From Laetmonice hystrix (lineage: Eukaryota), in NCBI GenBank assembly GCA_965235115.1, contig OZ249436.1:48052001-48116000 (forward strand): a stretch of DNA of 64,000 bases, in the 5' to 3' direction. Made by a program: the position numbers and the translations under genes. Every line of letters begins with the position of its first letter. Position 1 is the first letter of the stretch. The notes below the pieces were generated by a model. That model made no database searches and had not been told where the DNA came from. It saw nothing but the letters and a program-made list of their open reading frames with translations. Below, one piece after another: positions 49,566 through 63,124 of this stretch.

Positions 49566-52002
49566 TGCTTATAGTGAAATGAGTTCCATAAATTTGCATG
49601 GGGTGGATCCAGAGCTGTTTCTTGACCATGCACTGATATTGAAACTGGTTTCCAATACCAGTGGTTCCAACGTTTAAGAATGTGAAATGCAGCAGCAAAG
49701 CCACTGTAGGCACGAACTGTGTGTAGGGTGGTCCGGGGGCATGCCCCCCCCCCCCCCGGCAGGAATTCTTTTAAACTAGGAGTGAAATGGGGCATTATGG
49801 CCATGTTTCAGAAATCTGAGAGCAATTACTGAGGCACAGTATAGGCCTACAAGGAATCTCTTTAGATTTTTAGATTGGGAAGTACCCCCCCCCCCCCCGG
49901 GTGGTACCCGCCCCTTCTGAGATACCAGTGGCAGTGCAGTTCTGCCCCTGGTCAGGTGATGTTGAATATGGGCGTGCTAGGGGGGTCTGCATCTGGGGTC
50001 CGGGACATGTTCCCCCAGAAAAAAATGAAAAATTGGAGCCCTAACAACCATACATCTGGGGTATTTTCAATTGGCAGGGCATATTTGTGCCCCCTCCCCC
50101 AAATGAAAAATCGGTCCCACGCCCCTGGGCAAACCTTTTTATCTTGACTAGGCGGACCTTGGCTGGCTCTGCGGGTAGGTTACCAGTAACCCAAGTAACC
50201 CCCCCCCCCCCCCAGGGCCGTAGCCAGGATTGTTTCAGGGGGGGGCTGACAAGCGCCGTAGGCGCGCATCATCGAGCGCCGCAGGCGCGAGTAAACGAAA
50301 AGGAGGGGGGTCGGGGGGTACTCCCCCAGAAAATTTTGAAATTAGGAAGCCCGGAGATGCGATTTCCCGGCACCTGGGACAGAAAATGACTGATTTGTCA
50401 ATGCCTGGTGAACTCACCTAGCGGGGTTTAGGCCCCCCCGGGCCCCCCTATTAGGCATTTCAAGAGAGGCATGGTGCTTCCCATGATGGCATGATTAGCT
50501 TACACTTAGTTTTAGGCCTAGACCTGCTGGGTTAAAGCTGGACTGTTATGTACCAGCGTATATTTTGGATTCTCCTCGTCATACAAACATTCACTGATAC
50601 AAGAGGAACAAAAAATTGACTTGATTTTGGTTGGGGGGGCTGCAGCCCCCTCAGGCCCCCCCCCCCCCCCCTAAATACGGCCATGCCCCCAGCCTACGGG
50701 CCTGGACCTACCAAGAGCAAGACTTTCCTCTCGCCGTAGGTACTTGCCGTCGTCATTTAGGCCTACATCTGTGACGTTGAAAAGGGGGCCACTCTGACTC
50801 TGAGAGATGGCGCTGCGGTTGGCTAATGCTGGAGACCTGCGCCCTCTGGTGGCAGTTTGTCTATCGCCGCGTCTGGTTTTGGTCTGGTGCAGCGGTATAG
50901 GGCAGCAGCAGGGGGCAAAATGCTGTGACACGTGGCTTTAGTTAACACAAGAGACTGACCTAGATCGCTTTTACGGTAGGCCTAGGCCTACGCCGGACGT
51001 CGCTAATTTAATAATTGTCGATGTCGTGTGTCACCTGTTAAGTAAATCAATGTGTCTCATGTCTATTTTTATTGCAATTCTGGATGTCTCACGTCGAATT
51101 TTATCAGCCATTTGGGAGATGTGTCCGTCGCACGTTAAGAAGAGGATGTCGCAATGTCGCCCTTCATTTTACGGCCGTGTCGGCGTGTCGATCGTGTCGA
51201 ATTTTACCCATGTATACCCCTAGGTAGTCCATCTGTGGCGGACCCACCAACGGCATAGCAAGGAAAGGTCGTGTATAGCATGGCTAGTGGCCGGAATTTT
51301 CTGATTGGCTGTTCTATACACTCACTGCAACATGCCCTCTTTAGAGGTTCTGACTAGAGTCGCACATTCAACCGTGTCCTGTCAATTTCGAATTATACAT
51401 ATCAGATGTCGAGGTTTACAAAAAAGGGCAATTTTGGGTAGGAAAACAGAGCCCAAATCATTTATATTCCCCGTCGAATATCAAACTTTTTCTTGATAAG
51501 GCGCACAGAGGCGGCGTAGTGATTATTTTGGAGCCATTCAGGTGAAATGCTGATGGCTGCAGGGATTATTACTCGGCGTAGCGTAATCTGATCTGCATGG
51601 AAGGATGGGCCGAGCCTTGTGGTTTATGACGTCACGCCATTTCCGCTTCCGCACGTGTCGGTAGAACAGCCATATCGCGCCCGTTTCTGAAATAGCTCAG
51701 ACGTCATGGCGTGTCATGTTAACACGGTCGGGACCGCAGGGCTATACCTACGTGGACTTATGAATGTTATTTAGTCTATAGGTCCCACAAAAACTCTTCA
51801 GATTTCCGATATGTTGTATCCTTATTAGGCTACAACAAGACTGGGGAGTTTCGAGCAGTGTAGTTGAATACAGCGCGGGGCGCGCAAGCGTGTTGACCGT
51901 AATTAAACTATTTGACCCCGAGTTCAGGTCAAGTTCTATGTGGCACGGATATTTTAACAGTTTTATTATTGTACATTTAACCAGAAATACTCGTCGATAT
52001 CG

Positions 52003-52729
52003 ACGAGGTAAGGTGCCCGTGTGACGCGGTAAGGTGCCCGAGTGACGCGGTAAGGTGCCCGAGTGACGCGCTAAGGTGCCCGAGTGACGCGCTAAGGTGC
52101 CCGAGTGACGCGCTAAGGTGCCCGAGTGACGCGGTATAAGGTGCCCGAGTGACGCGGTAAGGTGCCCGAGTGACGCGGTAAGGTGCCCGAGTGACGCGGT
52201 AAGGTGCCCGAGTGACGCGGTAAGGTGCCCGAGTGACCCGGTAGGTGCCCGAGTGACGGGTGCCCGAGTGACGCGGTAAGGTGCCCGTGTGACGCGGTAA
52301 GGTGCCCGTGTGACGCGGTAAGGTGCCCGAGTGACGCGGTGAGGTGCCCGTGTGACGCGGTAAGGTGCCCGAGTGACGCGGTAAGGTGCCCGAGTGACGC
52401 GGTAAGGTGCCCGAGTGACGCGGTAAGGTGCCCGAGTGACGCGGTAGGTGCCCGAGTGACGGGTGCCCGTGTGACGCGGTAAGGTGCCAGTGTGACGCGG
52501 TAAGGTGCCCGAGTGACGCGGTAAGGTGCCCGAGTGACGCGGTAAGGTGCCCGAGTGACGCGGTAAGGTGCCCGAGTGACGCGGTAAGGTGCCCGTGTGA
52601 CGCGGTATAAGGTGCCCGAGTGACGCGGTATAAGGTGCCCGAGTGACGCGGTAAGGTGCCCGAGTGACGCGGTAAGGTGCCCGAGTGACGCGGTAAGGTG
52701 CCCGAGTGACGCGGTAAGATGCCCGAGTG
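52003..52729. repeat. 21-bp minisatellite, about 35 copies
   Basis: Unit gacgcggtaaggtgcccgagt. Confidence 0.97.
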
Positions 52730-54876
52730 ATAGAAAAACATTCAGAGCATCCTTTCGATTTGATTTATTTATGAATCGATTGCATTAACTTGAGTGTAGG
52801 GACGGAATGCCTTTAATAGGATAATGGTTAGAGTTAATGGATTAACCCTCAACCCTTCACCCCATACCCCTACCCTCACTTACATTAGTGAACATTAGTG
52901 TATAAACAAGTGGAGGAAAGTTCAGATGAACTTTGCGTGTCGTGTTTCAGGCAGGAATTATAAGAGAGTCGGGGTGACTGTCAAACTTTGACCCTCTTCA
53001 TGCACCAACAACATGATTCCGTCAGCAGTGTCACTATATACAGTAGGCTACACATTATGTGACACACATTTATAGCTCATGATATTCATATACAATCAGA
53101 CGGAGTTGAGAGATTTAAATAACAATTATTAGCATGCACTTTCCGGTAAACATTCGCCTTTCGCTGAATTGGGAGGCCGGGATATACGATATACGCTCCC
53201 TCCCTGGATGAAAGCAAGCGCCAGTATTATACAATGTCCGATTGCACTCTTAAGGTTGTCGCTGTTAAGTAAAGTGGCGTTTCGAGGAATTGCTACCCGA
53301 TCCCCCATCTCAAGTATACACCTGCCTGAGAACGAGTGAAAGACTGACGTGACATTAAGAAGTGGAGAGGTTTGACCCCTTGAAAACAAACATATATCAT
53401 AAAGTTTAATAACGTACGGCTTTCCTTGCCTTTCAAAGTGAAAAGTAAAGTTCCATTCATGAAGTTCAGTTGCAAATCAAAAATATTCAAAGTATGGTGT
53501 TGTTTGGGTTTTTTGGTTTTGTTTTGTTCCGTTTTGTTTTTCTTTCTCCCCCCCCCCCCCCCCCCCCCCCCCCACTGGTCACACCGACTGCGTCTGGCTG
53601 TTGCTGAGACTTTAAACACCGATACCTAATCAATCACTAGTTTAAATCTTTTTATGAAAAGCGGTTGATTCACTAAAGTATGAAGCTGTAAACTGGCCAT
53701 CATGTCACTGCGACGATAGAGTTCAGACCATACGACCCGTATTCAAAAGTCCATTCATTCACAACAAGCCCTGGCCCCATCTATCATGTGACATGACAGT
53801 GTTCCCAAGTCTTTACCCACCAAAATCACTCCAAAACTAACCGCTGACGATATAACCAAATGCTATCAGGAAATTGCACTGTAAATCCTCAGTGTGTGCA
53901 TGATGGAACGATGTCAGCACCAACACCTCATAAAAATGAAAATGTCACAATCTCATCTTGGCGCTTTGCTAAGAGCTTTGAAAAGTTTAGCTGATGTAGT
54001 GTAGGAATTCCACGCTGCCCGATGGAGTGTCTGCGGTTTGATATAGCCTATACTTAATTTGCTTGATTTATACTTGTCTCCAAAATAAAGAATGTCTCCA
54101 CAGTTTAAGTATACAAATATAATAAATGTATACAATAAGTGGTGCGCCATTCCACTGAGCCTACATTAAAAACGTTCTCACCAAAAGTTCCACCGGGTAC
54201 CGACTTGGTCGGCCGACTGAGTAATCGGCCGATTACAAAAGGGTAGTCGGTGTATGTGCAATAGATACCGAACCGATTCAGTCGGCCGAATGGTGAGTCG
54301 GCCGACCCAATCGGAAGCTGATGGGAGCAGATATTTCAGCGGTTGTTTCAGCAGGACTACCGCCGCGGGGACGGCCGATATGGTCTCCGGAACGCCGTGC
54401 TGCCACCTGGTCTTAAATGTAAGAACCCGTAGTTCCAACACTAGACGTTAGGGGCATCAAGATTGTACTCAGCAGCGTCACAGATAATGCCTACTGCTGA
54501 AGGTTTACGTACATGCATGAATAAATGAGCCTAGCAATCTTATGCTCGTTTAAGAGCTGAAATACAGGTTGAGAGTTGGGGAGGGGGGCCCTACCATATC
54601 CGGGGACTTTGCATAACTAAAAGGATGACTTGTCCAGTGTTGCCAACCCTGCCGAATCGTCCCCTTCTCCCGACTCCCGAATTAGGCCTACTCCAAGATC
54701 TAATGCCTACGATGCTATGCTTAAAAATCTGGAAGATTGATTAAAAAATGGCAAAAGCCTGTTATAATTAGGCCTACACTTGGCATGACTTTTATTTTCA
54801 ATCAAAGTCCCCTTCAAATGGCACGAAAATGCACTGTGGCAACCAAAAATGTCGCCGTAACCGTATAGGCCTAGGC

Positions 54877-55026
54877 TAAATGTCGTTTGACGACATTTAC
54901 AGACGCCTAAATGTCGTCAGCGACATTTACAGACGCCTTTAGAACATTAAATGTCGTCAACGACAATACAATTATTATGGACACCTAAATGTCGTGACGA
55001 CATTTAAGGATCCGTAAATGTCGTCT
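54877..55026. repeat. Tandem palindromic units (taaatgtcgt..acgacattta), about 4-5 copies
   Basis: Direct read. Confidence 0.8.
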
Positions 55027-55465
55027 GCCAGGGGCCGGTTTTACTAAAGGTCCTTATTTAAGGACGTCCCTAATTCAACATAGAAGTGAATGGGTTGCTC
55101 GGTCGAAAATGGCAGGCGGCATTTAAGGACGAGAATGTTCCTTTCAAAAACCAAGGTGCTCGTGAATGTCGTAGTGTCGGATTCTTTACTGTGCAGCAAC
55201 TAAAATCTTAGAACAGCAATAGGCTACATCGAGTTAAAACATTCACTATTCCATGGTTAAGGCCTACTGTAGACTTCTAGGCCTAAACGGGGTGATTTTC
55301 GTGTGCGTCTAATTTCCGCATATTTCGCGTGAGACATAAATTCGCGAAAATTACACGCACGCGAAAATACAAACGTAGGCCTAAATATGTTTCCATGGTC
55401 TCTGAATGGACAAGAGTAAGACCAACTTAGGCCATTTCAAATCCTACCCCTTTATGGCATGATAT

Positions 55466-55790
55466 TAGCGACGTCCTGAATAGGCCTATGACTGGCCAAA
55501 TCATGACGTCGACGATATGTTGTGTGGACGTCTTTGGACGACGTCTTTGCCGGACGTCCTCTAGACGACTGCTGAAGACGTCGACAAAAGACGTCCTCAT
55601 AACGTGTCGTCGACGTCATGATTTGGTCAGTTATATAGGGGCCTGTTCAGGACGTCACTAAGACATCCTACTAGACGTCCTCTTGACGTCAGGTAAAGAC
55701 GTCGACAAAAGACGTCCTCACAACGTCTTCTGGACGTCATGATTTGTTTGGTCATATAGCTCTGTTCCGAACGTCACTATAAGACGTCTG
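55466..55790. repeat. GACGTC-rich repeat with direct and inverted sub-blocks
   Basis: More than a dozen GACGTC-type palindromes; about 120-bp direct duplication (55576/55697) and an inverted arm (about 55470-55550). Confidence 0.75.
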
Positions 55791-57567
55791 TGCAAGAAAT
55801 TAACTTTTCAATAAAAATGGACAAAATGCTTTAAAAAAACCTTGAATTCCCCATAGCCGCATAGGCGGCCATAGTAAACATTTCTCCATCTTTTTTATTT
55901 TTTAGAAAAAAAACTAACTCGGGGATCCCCTAAAAAAATTAGATTTCAAACCTGCATCGTAAGGACTACAAACTGTGAAAAAAAATCAGGCGGATATCAT
56001 TAATTTCGAAAATACCCTCGAACCTCCTTAATAAGTTGGTTATGCACCAAACATATAGGCCTAGATATAGATAGGCCCTATTTGACATGAATCACAAACT
56101 CCTCCTTTAATTGGGTGAGAAGTTTCGAAGCCTGAATTTTTAGAAAAATAGGGGCCTAAGAGTTAAAATAGTCAAGGGCGGGGGGGGAAGGGGTCCGCCC
56201 CCCTTAAATTTTCTTTTCCCCAACCTTTTTTTAAGAAGATGCATTAGGCCTAGGCCTATTCGGACCCTGAAACCAGGATTCCAACAAAATTCTTTAAAAA
56301 AGCCTCCTATAGGCCTATTGTAGGCCTAAATTTTTTTAGGTGCCCCCCCCCCCCCCGGCTTATCAAAATCCTGAATCCCCGCATGAATTCCACGCAAAAC
56401 GGGACATAGGGTGTAAAATTTCAAATTTGTTCAATCTGAATGGAAAATATTTTTTTCATTGGAGAATGTCCTGTTGTATTTTGATGGCTGGTACGTCATA
56501 TTTTTTTATAATTTGCTGGGGACTGCATGACTTTACGTAATGTGCGATCAGGTCATTTTACGCATGCTGTTCCTGCTGAAGAAGCCCAAATTTGAGTTTA
56601 GGCCTAGATCTATTTAACATCTGTTCAGCATAATTAAAATTAGAACCACAAAGAAATTATAGGCCTATAGGCCTATCTCACGTCTAGGTCTAAGAGGGCA
56701 TAGCCTACAGCCCGTATCTCCCTCAGATTGAGGAAAGCGAACAGATAGGCCTAAGCTAGCTAGGCCTAACTGTGCTGTATTTCCTTGTATTTCCAGGGTG
56801 AATATCATGGATAAAAAACAATGTAGTTGTATATCACGGGCACATCATTCGCCGATCCGTAATGCTATCGGCAGGAGATGTGTACAGAATGTAAAACAAG
56901 TTTTTATATTAAAATACTTTTTTAAAAAGTCTTTATTGACTGCTTCCTCTCGATATCCCCGCTACTATACATTGGTTGGGGATAACAACCGATAACAGAA
57001 TAACAATGTATACGACATGCTGAACGTTTGAAATTTGAAATTTTATGCGATAGGGAATAGGGCAGGCAAGTGTGTGTAAGGCCTATTTGCTGCTGTGTTC
57101 ATGCGCGATGCCGCTTCACTGGGGTTTGCGCAAATCTTGGGAAATGGCCGCTTCATACGTCCGAGGCCTGCTTCGTCTCCAGATATGACCTAGAAACAGC
57201 CAATCAGAAGCAGCGTCGGTGTTCTTATTTTTTCTTTTTCCGTTGTTTTGTTTTTTTGTTTTGACACAGAGTTCGTAATACCACTACCATATTGCACTCC
57301 GCTGATCTGCCCATGTCACCACTTGATGTGCATAGGCTCCTCGATTTTCTGACGTGAAATTACCCATCCTCCGCGTCTGTTTGGAGGGGACCAGGGCCGC
57401 AGTTTTTAAAAAATTCTCAATTTGAGTAAAGCTTACTTCAGTAAATTAACAGGCTCCTGATTGGCTGGTATCAGACCAACCAATCAAAAGATTGATACTT
57501 AACTTTAATTTCCTAGACGAAAATAAACGGATAGACTCTATACAAAGATATGAGATGAACATATTGA

Positions 57568-57656
57568 CCCCCCCACGACCTCTCAAGGCGCCTCCCCCCC
57601 CCCCACGACCTCTCAAGGCGCCTTCCCCCCCCCCCACGACCTCTCAAGGCGCCTTC
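57568..57656. repeat. About 30-bp tandem repeat, 3 copies
   Basis: (c)nacgacctctcaaggcgcct. Confidence 0.9.
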
Positions 57657-60236
57657 TATCTAGCGGCACAGAGCCGACACTCAGCTGCATGGCTGTCGAT
57701 GGACTGACGGGAGGCCATTTGTACGAAGGATACACACATGTATTAACGAATAATCGTACCAGTAGAATCATACAGAAATTGAGAGGGAAGTTGAGAAGAA
57801 GAAGGAAGAAAAAGCGTCGGATTGTGGCCATGACGGAACTGCCGACATCTGTGCTGACGATAGGCCCTACTTGCAGCCATGGCCATGTCTGGCTAATAAT
57901 TTGGTTGCATCGTTTTAACCATTTTACAGGTTTAATATGTTTAACCTTTATGTTTTGATTATACTGTACAAATATAATAAGCAGTAAAAAGCCGGTTAAT
58001 TTCTTTATTAAATTACTTTCTTTTCAGACTCAAATGTGACATAAATAAAAGAACGGGAAGCGTAACATTTATACATAATAGGCCTATAGAAAACGTATTA
58101 TTGCATCTGATAAACACGAGTCTCGAACTTATTAACTTGACCCGTAGTTAGGCGCCAACCTTCCGCACTAAAAACAGGAATAAATCCTACTATGCATGTA
58201 AAACCCTGGAAAAGCGTAAAAGCAGCTGTAAAATCCAGACAATAGACAGCAAAAGTCCAAATAAATGATATTCTATCGAGAAGGGGTGGCGGTGGGCTTG
58301 AACTGTTTCTCTTCCGAAGGTCTGTGAGAGAGCGGACTTGTGTGTTTCCCCTCTGACGATTAGGTTGAAAGAGAGTGGTCGCCGCCCACACCTTGTGTGC
58401 GATAATCCTTGTGACCTCCGTCATGCATGGCTGCTCCGACGGAAGGTGGTATGTTGCAGCAAGTAGTCATGTGGCACCTCCCAGTGTTCAACACTGCAAC
58501 GAAAACTACTTGTTCAGTTAATCAATTTCATATTACTATCTTCACATTCGTTCGTTATATTAAATTATCAATGCAAACATTGCAAACATTGAAAACAAAT
58601 AAAATCACAGCCAAACCTCAACAGCAGTTATATAATGTAATAATCAGTTTTGTTACTATGGCCTCCTCCCCCCATAGCCATCCGATCCACCGACAACTCC
58701 AGTTTAGTGATGGCGTTTTACTTCCTTGGTTTTTCTTTGTTTTACTCGTCACACGGGGTTTGATATTCAATCTGTATCACCTGGCACTAATGCAGCTTTT
58801 ATAGGTTATATCTGTTGTGCATTTTATGCCGGTTTTCATTTGTCATTATCTGAACCGTCATATTCGCACTCTGATCTCTCCTTCAGATTGTTTTCTGCAC
58901 GTGTCTGCTCGATTGTTTCGTTCGTTCTGCAGAACCTGGCCATTGTGTATATTAATACCAGGCCATTGTGTATATTAATACCAAACACATTCATTGCAAG
59001 TTTGAGGCATCACTGATGCCGGTTTTATAGGTTATATCTTGTTTGAACGTCATTATTTCTGTTGTACTTTATATACCCGTTTTCATTTTTTATTATTGTC
59101 TCAACTGTCATGATCATTCATTGTCATATGTACAGCCCTACATTGGCTGCATACGACGGAAATAAACACCATTGCTTTTCCATGTATCACCTTTTACCGA
59201 AGGATCAGTTTTCAAGTCACTTCTTTAAATTCAGTGTCATCCATCAACGTTTGCCTATTTCATAACCTCTGAAGAACCCCAAAACATCAAGCAATTCACA
59301 CTTTATTAATTGAGACTTAGCCAACTTAGTTAACTTAAGTTCTACTTAGCTTAAACTAAACCATTAAACATTAAATTATGAACAACAAAAAAACGACCAA
59401 ACAACGAAGACAACCCACATGAAATAGCGTTTCAATCATGGACAAAATTGATAAGATATCATTTGTATCCATGTAACCTGTTGTAGAGTAGTCCTAGCGT
59501 GTGTTTTCTCGTGGTATACCATTCATTGTATTGCACTGTATTGTTGTCTCAGCTTCGACCGTTATGCACCACTGAACAAGCCCGTCATACCTATGACAGC
59601 CATCAGGGCGGTAGCTGTCAATCAAGGAGTCAGTCAGGGGGCACCAAAAACAATGAACAACAGGTTCTCTGTCTCTGAGGTATGAGGTAAGCAACATAAA
59701 AATTAAACCCCACAAACATCGTATCCAAACAAAGACATTCAATCAGGGAAATAAACTCAATCGCCCCACCAAAATCATCCTAACTCCCTAATTCGATAGG
59801 GTACCAACTTCACCAATTAGTATTAGTCTTTCTTGGTGATTTTGTCTTTGTTCGACTGTTTTTGATATTCATTCTGCAGCACCTGGCTGCTGTGCATTAT
59901 ACCAACCACATTCAGCGGAAAGGTTGTGGCATTACTGATGCCTTTATAGTTTATGTCTTGTTAAACTTCGTTATTCGTGTTGTGCATTTCTGAACTGACA
60001 TATTCACACCCTGCTCTCTCATTCAGATTTTGCTGCACGAGTCTTCCGGTTTTGTTTTTTTTGTTTGTTTTTTTTTGTTTGTTTTTTCCCTGTTTTTTCT
60101 TGTTTTTTTACTCTGTCCATTTCGCAAATGAGAATCAATGATAGCGACAGTGACATTGGCTGCATGTGATGGAAACTATAAACACCTTCGCTTTTCCAAA
60201 TTTCGCAAAAGTATTATCGGTGATCAGTTTTTGAAA

Positions 60237-61105
60237 TCACAAGAGATCAAACAATTGACGCTTTATTAATTGAGACTTCAACTTAAACGACATGAAAACT
60301 ACAAAGCAAGAAACATCAAACATAGAAGACAAAACAAAGACAGTATTTCATACATGGACACAATCAACTTTCAACATACGAAAATACAACATGTATACAA
60401 AAACCTACACTGAAATCATCAGTGTAGGTATATGATGCAAGTATCATACATGGGTCAAACCTCAACCAACTCCATCAATATCCACAGCCCCCAATCTGCT
60501 GCAATAGGCCTACTTAAAAGCAAACCAACACACCTTGCTCAAGGAATGCAATATTACATGGTGCTTCAAATTCATTCCAGCATAAACATGAACCTCAAGA
60601 CACATCTTATTAAACTCTGAAGAAACACAAGAGATCAAAGAATTGGCATTTTATTCTTGAGACTTAGCCAACTTAAAAAGTTAAAACTTATACAATGTAC
60701 TTACCTTAAACTAAACTTAACCTAACTTATGATTAACTTAAACTAAACCATGGACATGAACACAATCAACCTTCAACATACTACATCCCAAAACAGTGAA
60801 AGAATCAACACTGTAGAACACTCATCTCTTTCGATAATCGTATAATTGACGTCCTCAACGGCAGCAGACAGGAAAATAAGCACTAAGGTGAACAGTAGAC
60901 ATTCAAGCAAGAGGGTATACCGACAGGTAGGCAAGCTGAAAGACAGGCCAGCAGGTAGACAGACACACAGATTACCGAACAGGAAGGCAGGCAGGTAGTA
61001 AGGCAGACAGACAGGCAGGAAGGAACGATCGCAGACAGGCAGGCAGTCAAGCGGGCGGTAAAGCAGGCAGGCAGGCGGCCAGGTAGTGAAAGCAGGCACG
61101 CAGGA
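60237..61105 (+). repeat. About 870-bp segment duplicated at 63125-64000 (offset about 2.9 kb); includes a GCAG/ACAG microsatellite
   Basis: Near-identical sequence from aagagatcaaacaattgac to gcaggcacgcagga in both places. Confidence 0.92.
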
Positions 61106-62475
61106 AAGCAGGGGATTGGCCAGGCAGGACGGCACGCAGATTGGCACGCATAGGCACACCGCTCCACACACCCACCCACCAACCCAAAACCCCACATTAC
61201 CACATGTCCACCAGAGTACCCAGCGGACCACCCCCCCGACCAGACAACCCGCCCAACCGGCCACCCATCTGACCACACACCCACCCTGAAACCCATCGAT
61301 CCACCCGACAAACCTAAAAACCAACCCGAAAGGCAACCCATCCGACCGTCCGAGCAAGAGCAACCGACCAACCATTCAACCGGCATCTTATAACCTGAAA
61401 AAAACATGAACTCAAATCAATATGTGGAAATATATACAAAATTGTTGTAAGCATTTGATAAGACATAACATAAGAACAAGTACACAGAACGTTTTAAACA
61501 TCATTGCTTAAAACTATCATCCATCGGGATATCAACACATGTCTAATACAGTCATACAAGTATCAAACAAGGTATTAAAACTAAAACAAGCTCAGCATGT
61601 GAAAATATCAAATCAACATGGTCATGCACAGTAACTGATGCAAGGATCATACAAGATTATTAAACTTAAAAATACATCATACCAAAACAAGCAATAATAA
61701 ACATACAACCAAGTAAAATCAATTGGCATATATAATTAACGACATACAATTTGTTATAGACCAGTTTTACCACCCTGTCAACAGTCATGTTTGGAACAAA
61801 ATCTCATTTTTGTGACAGTATCATATTATTTGTGAAACTTCTTTTCCTACCCCAAGTCAGTTTGGTATTGATGTTGTCTTTCTTTTGGCGTTGGACTCTT
61901 TACATTTTGTTGCTTTGATATTCATTCTGCAGCACCTGGCTGCTGTGCTGTAACGTTTGCTAAAACCCAATACTAGTATACTATTATTTTTGCTCGATTG
62001 TACCAATTCTTCATCGGTTATTTCTTGTGTCACCCGTTTCATTCCTTTGCCTATTGTAAGACCTTTGTGCCAATTCTGGATTTTCATCATGCTACACCTT
62101 TTGTTTATCTCATAACCTCTGTTGGAATCAAGAGATCAAGCAATAGACATTTTGATCATAAAATGAGCAACTTAAAAAGTTAGGAACTTAACGTAACAAC
62201 TAAACAAAGATCTTAGTGATAACTCAAAACTAATACATTGTTTTAAACACGGACCCGAACAAGCATGTGAAAGTATCACATGCATGTGAAAGTATCACAT
62301 ACAAAATCAATGAAAATCAATATCACATACAAAATCAATGAAAATCGATAATAAACCCATTGTTTATGTAGTATCATACATGGGCCAAACCTTGCCCACT
62401 CAACATTTGAACACAAAAGGAACATAAAGACAAACACATACTCATTCAAACATTTGAACCTGTGGGTTATTTTTC

Positions 62476-62968
62476 ATGTTGGCACCCTAGGCACCCCAGG
62501 TTTGTGTCTTTTTATTGTTTTTATGTATGCACCAGTTTGTCAGCGATTTCGTGTTTAAACCTGAGCATGTTGACATGCTTGATTTGTGCCTTTTTATTGT
62601 TATACTGATGCACCAGTTTTCGTCGGCGATTTCATGCTTAAACCCGAGTATGTTGGCACCCTTGGTTTGTGTCTTTATATTGTTATACTCATTCACTAGG
62701 TTTTTTTCAGCGTCCTCATGTTTTACCCCTTGGTTTGTGTCGTTATTGTTATAGTGATGTACCAGTTTTTGTCAGGATTTCTGTTTTAACACCAGCACGT
62801 TGGCACCCTTGGTTTGTATTTTTATACTCATTCACCAGTTTTTTTCAGTGATTTCATGTTTAAACCTGAGTCATGTTGACACCCTTGGTTTGTGTCTTTA
62901 TTGTTATACTGACGTACCAGTTTTTGTCAGCGATTTTGTCTTTATACCTGAGCACGTTGGCACCCTTG
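62476..62968. repeat. Degenerate about 80-bp tandem repeat, about 6 copies
   Basis: Recurring catgttggcacccttggtttgtgtctt...accagtttttgtcagcgattt...aaacctgag. Confidence 0.85.
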
Positions 62969-63124
62969 AAATCCCTGAAGAGGCCAAAGAACCTCTTATT
63001 TTCACACGTTCAAAGAGTCTTCCACTAACACATTCAAACTTACATTCAAAACTTAAAAGCAAATCACAAGCTATACAATAAACTATGATACACACAATTG
63101 TGTGATACACATTGATTCAAACAT

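Larger units (their letters stand above)
47984..51222. mobile_element. Sola2-like non-autonomous element split by about 2.9 kb of nested insertions
   Basis: TIR gaggggtatatatgggt / acccatgtataccccta; 4-bp TSD GGTA (47980-47983 and 51223-51226); TGTCG/TGTCA-rich subterminal arms at 48010-48130 and 51000-51200. Confidence 0.65.

Noticed and set aside
51977..52741. 254-aa ORF (HSGTLPR repeats)
   Set aside because: Translation of the 21-bp array with frame-switching indels
56775..56995. Plus-strand acceptor-like site followed by a short ORF
   Set aside because: No matching donor or recognisable protein
60773..61407. Hydrophobic Cys/Leu-rich ORFs (and the copy at 63659-63994)
   Set aside because: Derived from GCAG/CCCA microsatellite-like sequence; no recognisable domain
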